A stretch of 64,000 bases of DNA from Eledone cirrhosa. Its lineage: Eukaryota. The translations under genes were made by a program, and so were the position numbers. The stretch spans positions 63,922,001 through 63,986,000 of the forward strand of contig OZ024744.1 in NCBI GenBank assembly GCA_964016885.1, written 5' to 3'. Under the pieces are notes generated by a model. That model saw nothing but the letters and a program-made list of their open reading frames with translations, was not told the origin of the DNA and made no database searches. Every line of letters starts with the position of its first letter. The stretch's first letter is position 1. This document shows positions 25,701 to 37,878 of the stretch, piece after piece.

Positions 25701-28700
25701 ATTTAAAATAGTCGACTACACAGACCACAAATTTGTGATCTGTGAGATCGACAGAGACAGACTTCATAGACAAGGGCCCAGTTACTGGAAGCTGAACGCG
25801 TCTTTCCCGGCGCGCAAAGCCAACAGAGACCCGATTAGCGTATTAGTTAAGTGGGTGTTGACGGGAGCGGTCGTCAATAACAGGTGGTGGTTCGCCCTGA
25901 AAAGAGCAATTAAAGTAGAGTCGATTAGGTTTAGCAAAGGACTAGTGATAGAGGAAAATAGAGTAGAGGGAGAGCTGGTCAGAAAGCTAGAAGAGGCGTT
26001 TAGGACAGTCATCGCAACCAACATGCTTGCGGCGAGATTGGCACTCGACCAATTCTTCAATGCAAAACACGAAGGCTGCATTGTCAGAGCTAGAGTGCGT
26101 GCTCTGAAACACGAGGGGACAAAAGCCGTCCAATGGGCCCAGGTGGCAGAGGCGCGATGTGGCACCACAAATGGGTGCGTATTGCTCAAACCCGAGCAGA
26201 TTTGTGAAGCTTTTCAGCAGCACTTTGCTGAACTGTTCGGGAGCAGCGGTGGCCCGGATCAGGGTATGGACTTCAGTGCATACCTCGACGGACTGCCTCG
26301 GCTCTTGACGACCGCAGCACAGTGTTGCGAAAAGCCAATAACAGCCGGTGAAATACGGGAAGTGATGGCTAACTGCACGAGGGGTAAATCACCAGGTTTA
26401 GATGGTCTGCCCTACGAGCTTTATGCATTTATGCCAGACTTATTCGGTGACCTCTTGGCAGATGTCTACTGCAACTGGCAGCAGAACGGGAGCATTCCCA
26501 GTTTTGTGAGCCGGGGAGCAGTGGCGCTGCTGAGAAAAGACCCGAACAAGGGGATGTTATCGATAATTTCAGGCCCATGACCCTGCTAAATGCAGAGTTC
26601 AAGATTTTGGTCAAGGTGTTAGCAACGAGGTTGGCACTTGTCATCAAGGGTCTGGTGGGAGAGGCGCAGACATGCGCCATTCCAGACAGATCCATACACG
26701 ACAATCTCCACCTCATGCGATACATCATAGAGAGGGTGGTTAAGGAACCTGGCACGGGTGGGGCCCTGATCAACTTGGATCAATCCAAAGCATTTGATAG
26801 GGTTGACCATCGGTACCTGGCAGCGGTCCTCGAGGCAGCCGGTTTCGGGCCCGTTTTCAGGGATAGGGTCACTGCGATGTACAGTGACATCTGCTCAGTT
26901 GTGAGGGTGAACGGTCACCTGTCGCAGCCATTCAGCATCATGCACTCAGTCCACCAGGGTTGTCCCCTCTCGTCCCTCTTGTACATATTGGCTCTCGAGC
27001 CGTTACTGCACAAACTGGGGATGATGAGGGGCGTCCCACGCGAACTAGGATGTGGGAAATCAGAGTCGGCTTACGCTGACGACGTCACCGTGGTGGTGTC
27101 GAGCACCAGACACGTCCAGATGCTCGGTACCGCTCTCAAGGAATACGAAGCGGTGACAGGATCAAAGATAAACCAGGAAAAGTCGGTGGGCTTGCAGCTC
27201 GGCACCTGGAGAGGTAAGTCCATGCCGTCCGACAGCGTCGTGGGGCGTTGGATGGACCGGTTAAATTGCTCGGGGTCTGGTTCGGACCGGACCTCCAGAT
27301 GGAGAAAAACTGGAACGAGGTGAGGAGCAGGCTGGCCTCCCTCACCCAGAAATGGGCCGAGAGGAAGCTGTCCCTGAAAGGCCGGGCAGAGGTGGCGAAT
27401 GCGTACATCGCATCCATCATCTGCTACCGCCTCACCGTCGTCCCTTGCCCGGCCCAACTCTCACCAAAATGGAGCGCCTCCTCCTCCAATTTTTGTGGAA
27501 GGGACGCGCTCCCATGGCCAGACGATCCATCTGCTGTCAACACCCGTTGCGTGGAGGACTGGGCATGTCATGGCTGATGATGTGCAAACATGCGCTGAGG
27601 CTGTGACATCTCTGGTGCTTCCTTGACGGTGAACAGGTGTGGTCGCCGTTCGCCAGGCACGTTTTCCCCCAGCTCGTCTCCTTGACGGAGCTGCAGTCCT
27701 GGGTCAAGAAAAGACCGAGGGATAGCGCTTGGAAACTGGAATGTCTCCAGGCGCTCACTGCCCTCTGTCAGCTGGGCACCAGTATCGGTGGAACATCCAC
27801 CTTGGCGTTCTATAGAGGACTAGTGGAGGGGAAGAGCGACGACGTTCTCGGAGAGATCCTGGGCGTCGAAGAAGATCAGCTGTTTGCTCTCTTCTGGAGA
27901 ACTTTCAGCCCAGGGCCTCTGGATAACTTCCAAAAATCCCTGGCCTGGCAGTGCTACCGGGGAGCGTTGTCGGTTCGAGATAAGCTCTACAGGCTCGGAA
28001 GTGCTGTCAGCTGAGCCTGTCCGAGATGCGCGCAGAGCGACGAAACCGTCGTGCACACACTCGTTCAGTGCCCGAGCATTGCTGACTTGTGGAGCTATGT
28101 CAAACAGTTGCTGTCGCGTGTAGGACTGATCCGGTTATCGACTGAGTCCCTTGTGCAGATGGTCTCGCCGTCTCCTTCAAGGAGGAAGGACAGGCGGTTT
28201 TCATCTGCCTGGTGGCCATGGCGAAAGAGATTGTGTGGTGGACAAGGTTGAAAGGGTTAAAGACAGACATTTTCCTCTTCGGCGAATCCCTAATTAACTT
28301 TTTCAAGTTTCACTTGAAGAGGAAAATCAGGGTGGAGAGACAAGTGCTGCCTTCTAGCAAGTTTGTTGAAAGGTGGGTGAATGTAGCGAGAATGGTCCGA
28401 GTGAACGGGACCGCTCTGAATATACGCCTGTAGTTTGAGGAATGGGAAAATTGAGAGAGGGCACTTGCCCTGGTGGTCAGGGTGGCCGTGGTCTTTTGTG
28501 TGGTTTTCGCCACGAGTAACCCTCGGAGGTTTCCCCCCTATTGGGGAATTTTTCATTGTTTCAATTTTCATTTTTATTGTTTATATATATATATATGTTT
28601 CTATGTCTTTTTTTTTCCTTTTTTATATAAATAATAAAAATCTTTACACGCACAAAACCCACATCGTACCGTCCTGTACTGTCCGTAATGTTTTCCTTGA

Positions 28701-28727
28701 TGTCAGCCCTTGTGGCCAATAAAGAAA

Positions 28728-28729
<2 letters not shown>
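22777..28729 (+). mobile_element. full-length Tx1-clade (L1 group) LINE, ORF1 + ORF2 disrupted by frameshifts
   Basis: ORF1 starts at 22992 and has a degenerate zinc knuckle (KCFRSGSKTHLRAFC). ORF2 runs about 25048-28433 with APE (SVNVRGL, SETR, GDWN, YLDR, TDH), RT (SPGLDGLP, LDQSKAFDRV, QGCPLS, YADD) and a C-terminal CCHC. AATAAA and (ATT)n mark the 3' end. Confidence 0.9.
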
Positions 28730-28794
<65 letters not shown>

Positions 28795-28849
28795 AACATT
28801 TAAAATCTCTTTTAAAAGATTCATTGGTATGCAGGTTAAAATATTGCTT

Positions 28850-29250
28850 GGCGGTGGATTGGCAGTATCGGTAGAGGGTCAGACACCATGCTTTGCAGCA
28901 TAGAGTTACAACCTTTTATGTTCTTAGCTCAAATACCGCTGATGTTAACTTTGTCTTTCATCCTTACGGGGTTGATAAAATAAAGTACCAGTAACACACT
29001 GGGGTCAATTTAATCGATTTCCCCTCTCTCAAAATTTCTGGCCTTGTGTCTATAATAGAAATCATTATTATTTTGGCAGTATTGGTAGAGCGTCAGACAT
29101 CACGCTTTGCAGTATAGAGTTATGGCCCTTTACGTTCTGGATTCAAATCCTACCGAGGTTAGTTTTATCTTTGATCCTTATGGGGTCGATAAAATAAAGT
29201 ACCAGTAATACACTGGGATAATTACTGGGTTTGTGCCAAAAGTAGAAATA
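28850..29250 (+). mobile_element. two tandem Meta-like SINEs
   Basis: GGCGGTGGATTGGCAG head at 28850. The second copy begins in the (ATT)n tail of the first at about 29073. Confidence 0.8.
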
Positions 29251-29273
29251 TTATTATTATTATTATTATTATT

Positions 29274-29723
29274 GCATTTATCTTGCTTTATGTTCATACG
29301 AGTTATCACCAAGTCACAACCAGTGACCTCAAGAGACAACAAGGTCCGCCATTTTCAAGAAAGAACATACATACTCACACATGCATCTTTAGCTGTTTAG
29401 ACTTGTGATGTACTTATATTGACAGAATCTTCCTTAGTATATGGGCAAATACCATATACCATATGTATTTCTTCTATACACGGGTAATCATTAGACCCCT
29501 TAGGTATCATTCCTAGAGCGCCTGGTATTGATTTAGTTCTCAACTTCCACATTTTTCCAATTTCTATCTCCAGGTCTTTATACTTGCTCAATTTTTCAAA
29601 TGTTTTTATAGATACATTCTTATCTATTGGAACGGACATATCAATTAGCAGGCATACCCTCTTTTTAAAGTCCTTCAGGTCTATTTGCATCTATTTTTCG
29701 GTCTGTTTGGATGTAAATTGTAT
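29274..29723 (-). mobile_element. Dong/R4-type 3' fragment, near-identical to 19787-20215
   Basis: Same 3'UTR and RLE C-terminus, abutting (TTA)n. Confidence 0.85.
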
Positions 29724-30344
29724 CAAACTGGTGTAATAATAAAATAATTTGATGACAATCTAAGTTTATAATTTTGTTTTCATACTTATTTTGCAAGATT
29801 GTTTTTATGTGAAATCATATGTTGATACCAATATTTTGGGGAAATTTGTCTTGCACTGGTTTGAGGGAAAATCGTTGAAAAAGCCAAAGGTGTGAGGCAA
29901 ATAAATAAAAATTCTGAGCTCTGTACAATGTAAGTGATTTTATTGGTAAAAGGATCTTCTTATCCTTTAGCATTTACATTACACTGTATTTACTATTGTA
30001 TTTTAATGGTAAAGGCTTTATCTCACATAATATTGAATCTATGAGATTTTGATATTATTTTGAGAACAATACCTTAACGTAAGTATGAGTGGCTGGTTAT
30101 GGCTGGTTTGAAGAGAAAGAGGTGGGAGAATTCTGGCTGGATATGCCCAGTTTAAATGTTAAAGGGTTAAAGTACAATAATTTATTTTTTGAAATTCAAT
30201 GTTATATCAATTAAGGGAATGGTGGAGGATGTGACCACCGGGTGGATATAGCCATGATTTTGGTACAACAGACCAGATAATACACAAATCTTCATGGAAA
30301 ACAATTTATAGTTGGGGCTTTAAATTTTCAAGTAATTCATTTCA

Positions 30345-30730
30345 TTTTCATTTCATTTTTACATCAGCTTTTTCCCTGCTTGCAAGGGTGGGACGGGAAC
30401 TGATTCTGGCTTGATTTCTACAGCTGGATGCCCTTCCTAACACCAACCTCATTTACAGTGAGTGCTGGGTGCTTTTTTACCATGGCACCTCCACATCCAC
30501 TTTACAGTGTGGGCTGGGTGCTTTTTTGCCATGGCACCTCCACGACCACTTTGCAGTGGAATGATATGGACCCCAGTCCCTATCATCTCATTTCTACAGC
30601 TGAGTAAACTGGAGCAATGTGAAATAAAGTGTCTTGCTCAAGGATACAACACATCACCCGGTCTGAGAATTGAACTCACAACCTTTCGATTGCAAGGCCA
30701 ATGCTCTAACCACTAAGCCATGTAACTCCA
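30345..30730 (-). mobile_element. CORE-type tRNA SINE with RTE-derived tail
   Basis: Reverse complement of 47999-48391. Confidence 0.8.
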
Positions 30731-30929
30731 TTGTATAAACGAAATTCGTTTTTATATACATTCTGATTGACCAAACATCGTAAAAGGCATTCCAACTGTG
30801 ATCATCCCATCTCTTTGTATATAAAATACAGGTTTATTGTGGATAATGTATTGTTTTAATTTTGATATTGTTTAAGAAGAAATGGTGTGATTTTTAGCAG
30901 ATCAATCAACCATGAACCATGTACTTACT

Positions 30930-32680
30930 TGTACTTGTGTCAACATTCACCCTAGCCGGTCATTAAAATTGGTAATGACTGCTCCGTCCCGATCACGGAT
31001 CGTCTCGCTGATACCCGTACTGCTTCGGCTGGCCCACTTCACCAGTTGGTAGAGCTTGCGCGAGTCACCACAGGCTGCTGCCCTCTCCATCTGTTCTGCA
31101 AATTCGCGCCAGTGTGCATTCCGATCGACCTGAATAGCCCAAGATGTGCAACATCGGAGATCTCGAAGATTGGGTGCACCCTTGAGTCAGGCCACTCTCA
31201 CCCTCTCCGCGAGTTCAAGAGTGCCGCCGGAGATCCAGTCCCGATGGCGTCTTTGGGTCGACCCGAGATGCTCTCTGGCCACCTCAACCGTCGCCGCCCT
31301 GAGCGCGTTCCACTCCTGCTCCGGTTGCTGCTCCACTTCGTTACTCAACATTTGGAATCGGTTTCGCAGCTCTAGCCAGAAAGCATTTCCAGCATCGAGC
31401 TTGAGTCGCGAGATGTCGATCCTTTTCTGGCGGTTGAGAGGAGGTTTCGCCTGCAGCTGCAGACGAAGGGTTGCTCGAACAAGAGTATGGTCTGACCCAT
31501 GCTCACTGCCTGTATCAGCCCCTCGATACGCACGCGAGTCCATCACTGAGCTGGCCCACCGAGATCTGACCAGGATGTAGTCAATCTTGGCCGTTCTTCC
31601 ATCATTGCATCATCACGTGACGAGGTGACGCTGAGGATGTTGGAACCGGGTGTTGGTGACGACAAGACGATTGGCATCCGCGAAGGACACGAGCCATTCA
31701 CCATTGTCACACCGTACGCCTAAGGTGAAGCATCCTAGAATATGCTGTGTTGTATCATCAGCCGGCCCCGTCCAAGCATTCCAATCCCCAGTGACAATGA
31801 GAACATCACTGGAGGGGACGCCATCCACGGTTGTTTGGAGATCGGCATAGAACTGCATCTTGTCCGCCTCGTCCACATTGAGTGTGGGAGCGTAGACGGC
31901 AATTACACTGACGGACATTTGACCCTTCAATCGAACCAGCGCCAGTCGGTGTTAGATCGGCTGCCACACCAGCAGAGCCGCTTGCGCGTCGGGGCCGAGT
32001 GCTACAGCGGCCCTGTGAAGGCCACTGTTGTCAGTCACGCCACTATGGTACAAGTGGTAGGAGATGTCCTCGCCAGGAACTTTGATCAGAAGATGACCAA
32101 CATCGGGAAGTCGAACTTCTGAAAGGCAAGCGACACTAACGCAGTACCTGTGCAGAGACTTCATTGTAAGTGCCTGGACACCGTCGTCACGAAGTGTTCG
32201 GACGTTCCAGCATGCCACTCTCAATTCCTTCCTTCGTCTGAAAAGCAGGACTGCTGCGGGAGTAGTCTGTAGAGCCATAGCGGTAGAAGCGCTGTTGTTT
32301 TGCATTGTATTCATAGTTCGTATTTGTTGGATTCATGGAAGAAGTGTCATAGGAGTAGTGAATTCACAAGCGGTCCCCAAAAAGTCCGCATGTATATCCT
32401 GAACGAGGGGAAAAAATGTCCTGTTTGCCGCAGATTCTCCACAGATGCAGGGACAGAAACGACCCGAAGCCACCGGTTGCCGGAACAGACACCTCTTGGA
32501 TTTTCACCAGAGCCCCTTTTGCCGGGTTGCGGCCCTAATACCGCTGGGTGCTAGACCATCCGCCTTGGGTGGCCCTACCAGGAATCGAAGTTACCGACAG
32601 CATAGCTCTGACACTACCCGTTGCCACCGCCCTGCCACGTTGAGGAGGAGTTGGACTTTAGGTAGAGGTTCCTTCGTTGT
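30930..32680 (-). mobile_element. RTE-group LINE 5' portion (5'UTR + APE), degenerate
   Basis: ACWNVRTL, LSEVR, VYAPT, GDWNA, IDYIL, GSDHTLV endonuclease motifs. GC-rich structured 5'UTR at 32320-32680. Confidence 0.8.
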
Positions 32681-33002
32681 TTTGTTAATCACATTGTTCT
32701 CTCAAAGTGTTAGTGTTATTTGTGTGCGTGTGTATTTGCATGTGTTTGCATGAGTGTGTATGTGCATGCATATGTGTGTGTGCATGCATGTGTGTGCGTG
32801 TGCGAGACGTGTTTCGCATTGTGTATATGTCTTGTATATGTGCCGATGTATTGTTTGAATGCATATGTGTCCACATTCATTTTCATTAGTCAATGTGAAT
32901 ACATTCATTGTTACTTTAATATTTGTGCAGATGTCATATAAATTAATCTATGTATTGCTTGTATGTATACATGTCATACATATATGTGTGTGTGTGTGTG
33001 TG

Positions 33003-33805
33003 ATTATCATCATCATCATCACCGTTTCTTCCATGCTAGCATGGGTCAGATGGGTTGTCCTGTTGTGGGCAGTGTCTGGTCGGCTGACCATGCCTTGCTC
33101 ATACAGGAATTGATTCTGGCTTGATTTCTACAGCTGGATGCCCTTCCTAACACCAACCTCATTTACAGTGAGTGCTGGGTGCTTTTTTCCGTGGCACCTA
33201 CACGTCCACTTTACAGTGTGGGCTGGGTGCTTTTTTGTCTTCAGCTTGTACCCATGGGAGGTCGGGTACTCTGTATTACTGCTTGACGCCAGAAGTCACG
33301 GTCGTGTGTCATTGTCTTTGAGGGGTGTAATTGGGTAAGGTCGGCTTTTATCACCTCATCCCAGGTCTTCTTGAGTCTCCCCACTCCGCAGTTTCCATCG
33401 ACTTCTAGTGCTCTGCACCTTTTTATGCAGCTGTCATCCTTCATACGCATCACATTTCCATACCAGCGCAACTGCCTCTCCTGCACACAACATTTGATTC
33501 CTCTTATGCTCAGTCTCTCTCTCTATTCATTTATGCTTTGTCGTTCGGCTTTATTATTATTACACATCCATCGGAGCATGCAGGCTATGTTTCTTTCTAA
33601 TCTACGTAAGTCTTCCACCTTCAGCGCCCAGGTCTCACTACCATGTAACATTGCTGTTCGGATACATGCATCATACAGTCTGCCTTTCATTTTGAGGGAG
33701 AAACCTTTTGCAGCTAGCAGTGGCAGTAGTTCCTTGAACTTCTTCCATCCCGTTCTTACCCTAGTTATTGTACTTTCTGAACATCCACCTCCGCTGCTAA
33801 TTCGG
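33003..33805 (-). mobile_element. RTE LINE 3' fragment
   Basis: Reverse complement of about 7255-8055, including the (GAT)n tail. Confidence 0.85.
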
Positions 33806-35061
33806 TGTGTGTGTGTGTTTTTGTGAGCATACACGTTTGTAATTACACCCTTTTTGCAGTAATGTAATGGCTGCAAATAACTTTTCTCAGTTGATTTATA
33901 TAAGAAAAAAAAATGTTCTTTGGTTTTCAGTGCTTACTCGAATATTACAAATTTTCACAAGGATCTGTCCAGTAGTAAAAATGCTACAAATACTTGAATA
34001 AACAAACCCTTTTTAAAGATATTTTCTGCTAAATCGTTACAAATTGTTAAGAGTTAATGAACAGCTATTACTTTGAAAACCTACACCTCTATCCAGATAA
34101 TAAATTGAAATTTATACCTGCAAATACTAGTACTCTTGCTTTACTAAATAAATGTTTAACTAATAATTAAGAAAATTTGAGCTTTTTTTTAAAGAGAAAC
34201 TACACTTTCAATATTACTCTAGCAAACAATCTAAATGTAAAACACATATATATGCCATGACACAGGACTGAGATCTCTGGCATTGCACAGTAATACAGAA
34301 TATCCTAATTCTTGCAGACACAGGCCGTAGCTGAAGCATCTATATACCATGCACCACCTCACCCACTCCCATACATCTCCCTTCAACCCACACTGTAAAG
34401 TGGTCGTGATGCTGACACAATAAAAAGTGCCCAGTCCACACTGTAAAGTTGTCATGTAGGAGTCACAACAAAAAGCACCCAGCACACACTGTAAATGTGG
34501 TTGCCATTAGGAAAGGCATCCAGCCATTGAAACCAAGCCAAAACCAGCCCTGTGTGAGCGAAACACGGTCCTCTGATCTGATCTCTCACAAAGAGACAGC
34601 CCGTCCTACCCATGCTAGCATGGAAGGTGGACCTTAACCCCTTAGCATTTACATTACTCTATATATACTGCTGTATTTTCATGGTAAAGGCTTTACCTCA
34701 TATAATTACCTCACATTATATCGAATCTATGAGATTTTTATATTATTTATTTTGAGAACAATACCTTAACATCAGTATGAGTGGCCAGTTACAGCTAGTT
34801 TGAACATTACCGAAGAAAAATTGCTAAAAATAAACTTATGATGAAAAGTTTTAATATAAAGGTAAACATTAAAATGAAGAATTTTGTATCATAAACACAG
34901 GTTGGTTTCAGATAGTTTTGTAGAAAAATAGGTTATCTGCTGCTTTTTATTATCTAAACATCTTCATCAACAAGTGATCACAATAAGCTGGTTGCATGAT
35001 ACATATAATGTCTACATACAGGTTAAAAAAAAAATTTTTAATATTATATTTTTTCTTGTAG

Positions 35062-35361
35062 GATATTTTGCCCAAGTAAATACCCAGGCCAATTTTGTAT
35101 GCCCAGTTCCAAATGGAATTTTCCCAGATTTTGCCAGTACAGGCTGTACACAGTTCTGGCGCTGTAACAACTGTCTTCCTGTAAGGGATAGATGTCGAGA
35201 AGGACAGCAGTTTGATTATGCCCGTACATTATGTGATGCAGATGCTAAAGTCTTCTGCAATGATCAAAGACGGAACTTCCAGCCTCAACCAGGTGCATGG
35301 CAATGTCAACCTAATAATGGTGGTGCAGCCGGAATACCAATACCAAATTTACCAGGACAAG
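35062..35361 (+). CDS. secreted chitin-binding protein, exon 2 (chitin-binding type-2 / CBM14 domain)
   Basis: Acceptor TTTTTCTTGTAG, 300-nt phase 1-1 exon, donor G|GTATAT. Cys spacing C-x14-C-x5-C-x9-C-x12-C-x7-C with conserved aromatics (GIFPD, FWRC, FD). Confidence 0.9.
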
Positions 35362-35449
35362 GTATATTCTTACTACCTTTTTTTTTTTTTTTTTTGCATC
35401 ATCTTTTTACTATATGCTGAATCTTTAGTTGCTGACTAGAAAGAAACCT

Positions 35450-36480
35450 TTTGTTATCAACAGAGGTAGTAGCTCCCTAAACTTTCCCCATCCTGTTCTT
35501 ACTCTAGTTACTATGCTCTTCGGTGCAACCTCCTCCTCAACTAATTAAATCACCTAGGTAGCAGAATCTATCAACTACTTCAATGGATCCTTTCTGGGAT
35601 TGGTAAATGTTTATTTCACTGATGCTCTTACTACCAACTATCCCTGTGCATCTACTACTTACAAAGTCTACCTTTTCTGTTTGTCTGCCTACTATCCCAC
35701 TACAACTCTTCTGTACCCAAGATTGACATTGTGCACATTGTATAAAGTTTCTACCTACTCCTTTTTTACATATGGAGCAAGGCCACTTACATGATGGGAT
35801 CAGGGTTATGTCTTCTTTTCTACTTAGCAAAACTTTAGTTTTACCCAAGTTTATTCTAAACTCTTTTAACTCTAAGTTCTGTTTCCAAAGCCAGAAATTC
35901 TTCTCTATCTCTTTCAGTGATTTGGCTTTAAGAACCAGGTCATCAGCATACAGAGGTACTCATATCAAATTATATATATTGTAAACTCATTTGTTATGGC
36001 CTGAAAAACTATAATAAACAGGAGTAGGCTGAGGACTGAGCCCTGATGAACACCTGGCAGCATTTTGAACTCTTCGTTAAACTCATTACCCACTCTCGCC
36101 TTTGTGATGGATTCTCTGGACATAGATTGCACTGCTCACACAAGCCATGTACACCCAGTTCCTATAATGACTACCAAAAGATAGATCTTGGTACTCTGTC
36201 AAAGGCTTTTTCTAGATTTACGAAAGCTAGATATAGAAATTTACTCTTATCTAAGAACTTCTCTTGTAGTTGTCTCACTAAGAAGAGGGCATCTGCAGTA
36301 CTCCTCCCTGGCATAAAACCCAATTGCATCTCATATAATTAGTTGTGCTAGAACTCTTTCTGTCACTTTCATAACTTGGTCCATTAGTTTTATTCCTCTA
36401 TAGTTGGTCCTTTCTAGAGCATCACACTTTCTCTTGTAAAAATACTGCTGTGCATGTCATTGGGTATAACTCCATGATGC
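35450..36480 (-). mobile_element. old RTE LINE RT fragment in intron 2
   Basis: GKTKVLLSR...WPCSICKKGVGRN...FCYLGDLIS and FVNLEKAFDRV motifs. Confidence 0.75.
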
Positions 36481-36494
36481 ATCGCAAACTCTAC

Positions 36495-36760
36495 CACCAC
36501 CACCACCACCACCACCACCACCAACAACAACAACAATAACTTCTACAACAACTACAACAACAACAATAACAACATCATCACCACTGCCAACACCAACACC
36601 ACAACATCACTACCAACAACACCAACAGCTACATCGCCACCACCATCAAAATGGCCACCACAATCACCACCACCAACACCACCACCACCACCAACACCAC
36701 CACCACCACCAACAACACTACCACCACCACCATCAAAACCACCACCACCATCACCGAACA
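36495..36760. repeat. (ACC/AAC)n low-complexity tract
   Basis: Imperfect trinucleotide repeats. Confidence 0.8.
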
Positions 36761-36801
36761 CACTATTCATATCTCCTCCATCTCTCTATCTCTCTATACA
36801 G

Positions 36802-36974
36802 GTAGAGGAACGGTAGTCAATTTGCCACCAAACATACCACGACTTAACGTCCAACAGTGTACCCTGATTCAAAACCAGCTCAATACGTTTTTCTCCCAGA
36901 TGATCCAAGCAATGACCAACAACCAATGCCCTGGACCTCAGTGCATATTACCAATAATAGCTGTACAGTGCTAA
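36802..36974 (+). CDS. secreted chitin-binding protein, exon 3 (Gln/Pro/Cys-rich C-terminus, stop)
   Basis: Pyrimidine tract TCTCTCTATACAG, phase-1 acceptor, GRGTVVNLPP...PIIAVQC*. AATAAA at 37145-37150. Confidence 0.75.
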
Positions 36975-37843
36975 TTAACTAATTAACTACATACCTTAAT
37001 TAATACAGGTAATTAAGGTATGGTTTAGTTAATCTACCAATAATTTTTTTTAAATTTGCGTACAAGGGCAGCAATTTAGTGGAGAGGAATGTCGATTGCA
37101 TTAACCCCCAATACAGGTACTTTATTTTATTACATATGCTAATGAATAAAAGTAATTAACGTGTAGCATGGTCAATCTACTAATAATAATTATACACTGT
37201 TAATGTACATTTGTATGTCCTGGGGTAGGGACGGGGTGGGGGTGTCAGTGTATTTCAGAAGTTCTGAAAGTGGGCACTACCTGCCCCAGGATGGGGTGGG
37301 GGTGGCATTGAGAAGGTCCAGGGGGCGGTGGGACAGTAGAGATGATATAATAGTATATTAAATATCAAATGATATACATTGTATATAAATATAGGAAAAT
37401 AAAAATATATATAATATTTATTTATACGTAGTATATATTATATTTATTATATATAAATTAACAATTTTATTAATTATATATTATTTACAAATTGTGTGGG
37501 CAGGTTTCTCTGGAAATAAGGTTGGCGGGTGCTGTGGGAATTACGTGACCATGAGGGGGGTGGGGGCAAAAGTTTGAGAATCTCTGGTGTAGATGGTAAT
37601 GTTTCAGGCAGGGTGTTTTTTTTTTTTTGAGGACCCAGATTAAAATATCAGAATTAATATCCCTAAGACATCAGAACTTACTGGTTCTCATGGTAAAAAA
37701 ATTTATATCTAATTAAAAAAATAAATATATTAATAAATTTAATTAAAATAACTTGCTAGATTGAAAGCAGATTCTTCGGAGTATATTATTTCCCAAACTA
37801 ATTCTCAAGAAAGAAAATTTAAATGAATGAATGAATGAATGAA

Positions 37844-37878
<35 letters not shown>

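Noticed and set aside
36570-36801. Thr-rich mucin-like linker in frame with chitin-binding exon 3
   Set aside because: There is an in-frame stop at 36567-36569 and no credible acceptor upstream. A good acceptor exists at 36801, so the tract is most likely intronic microsatellite.
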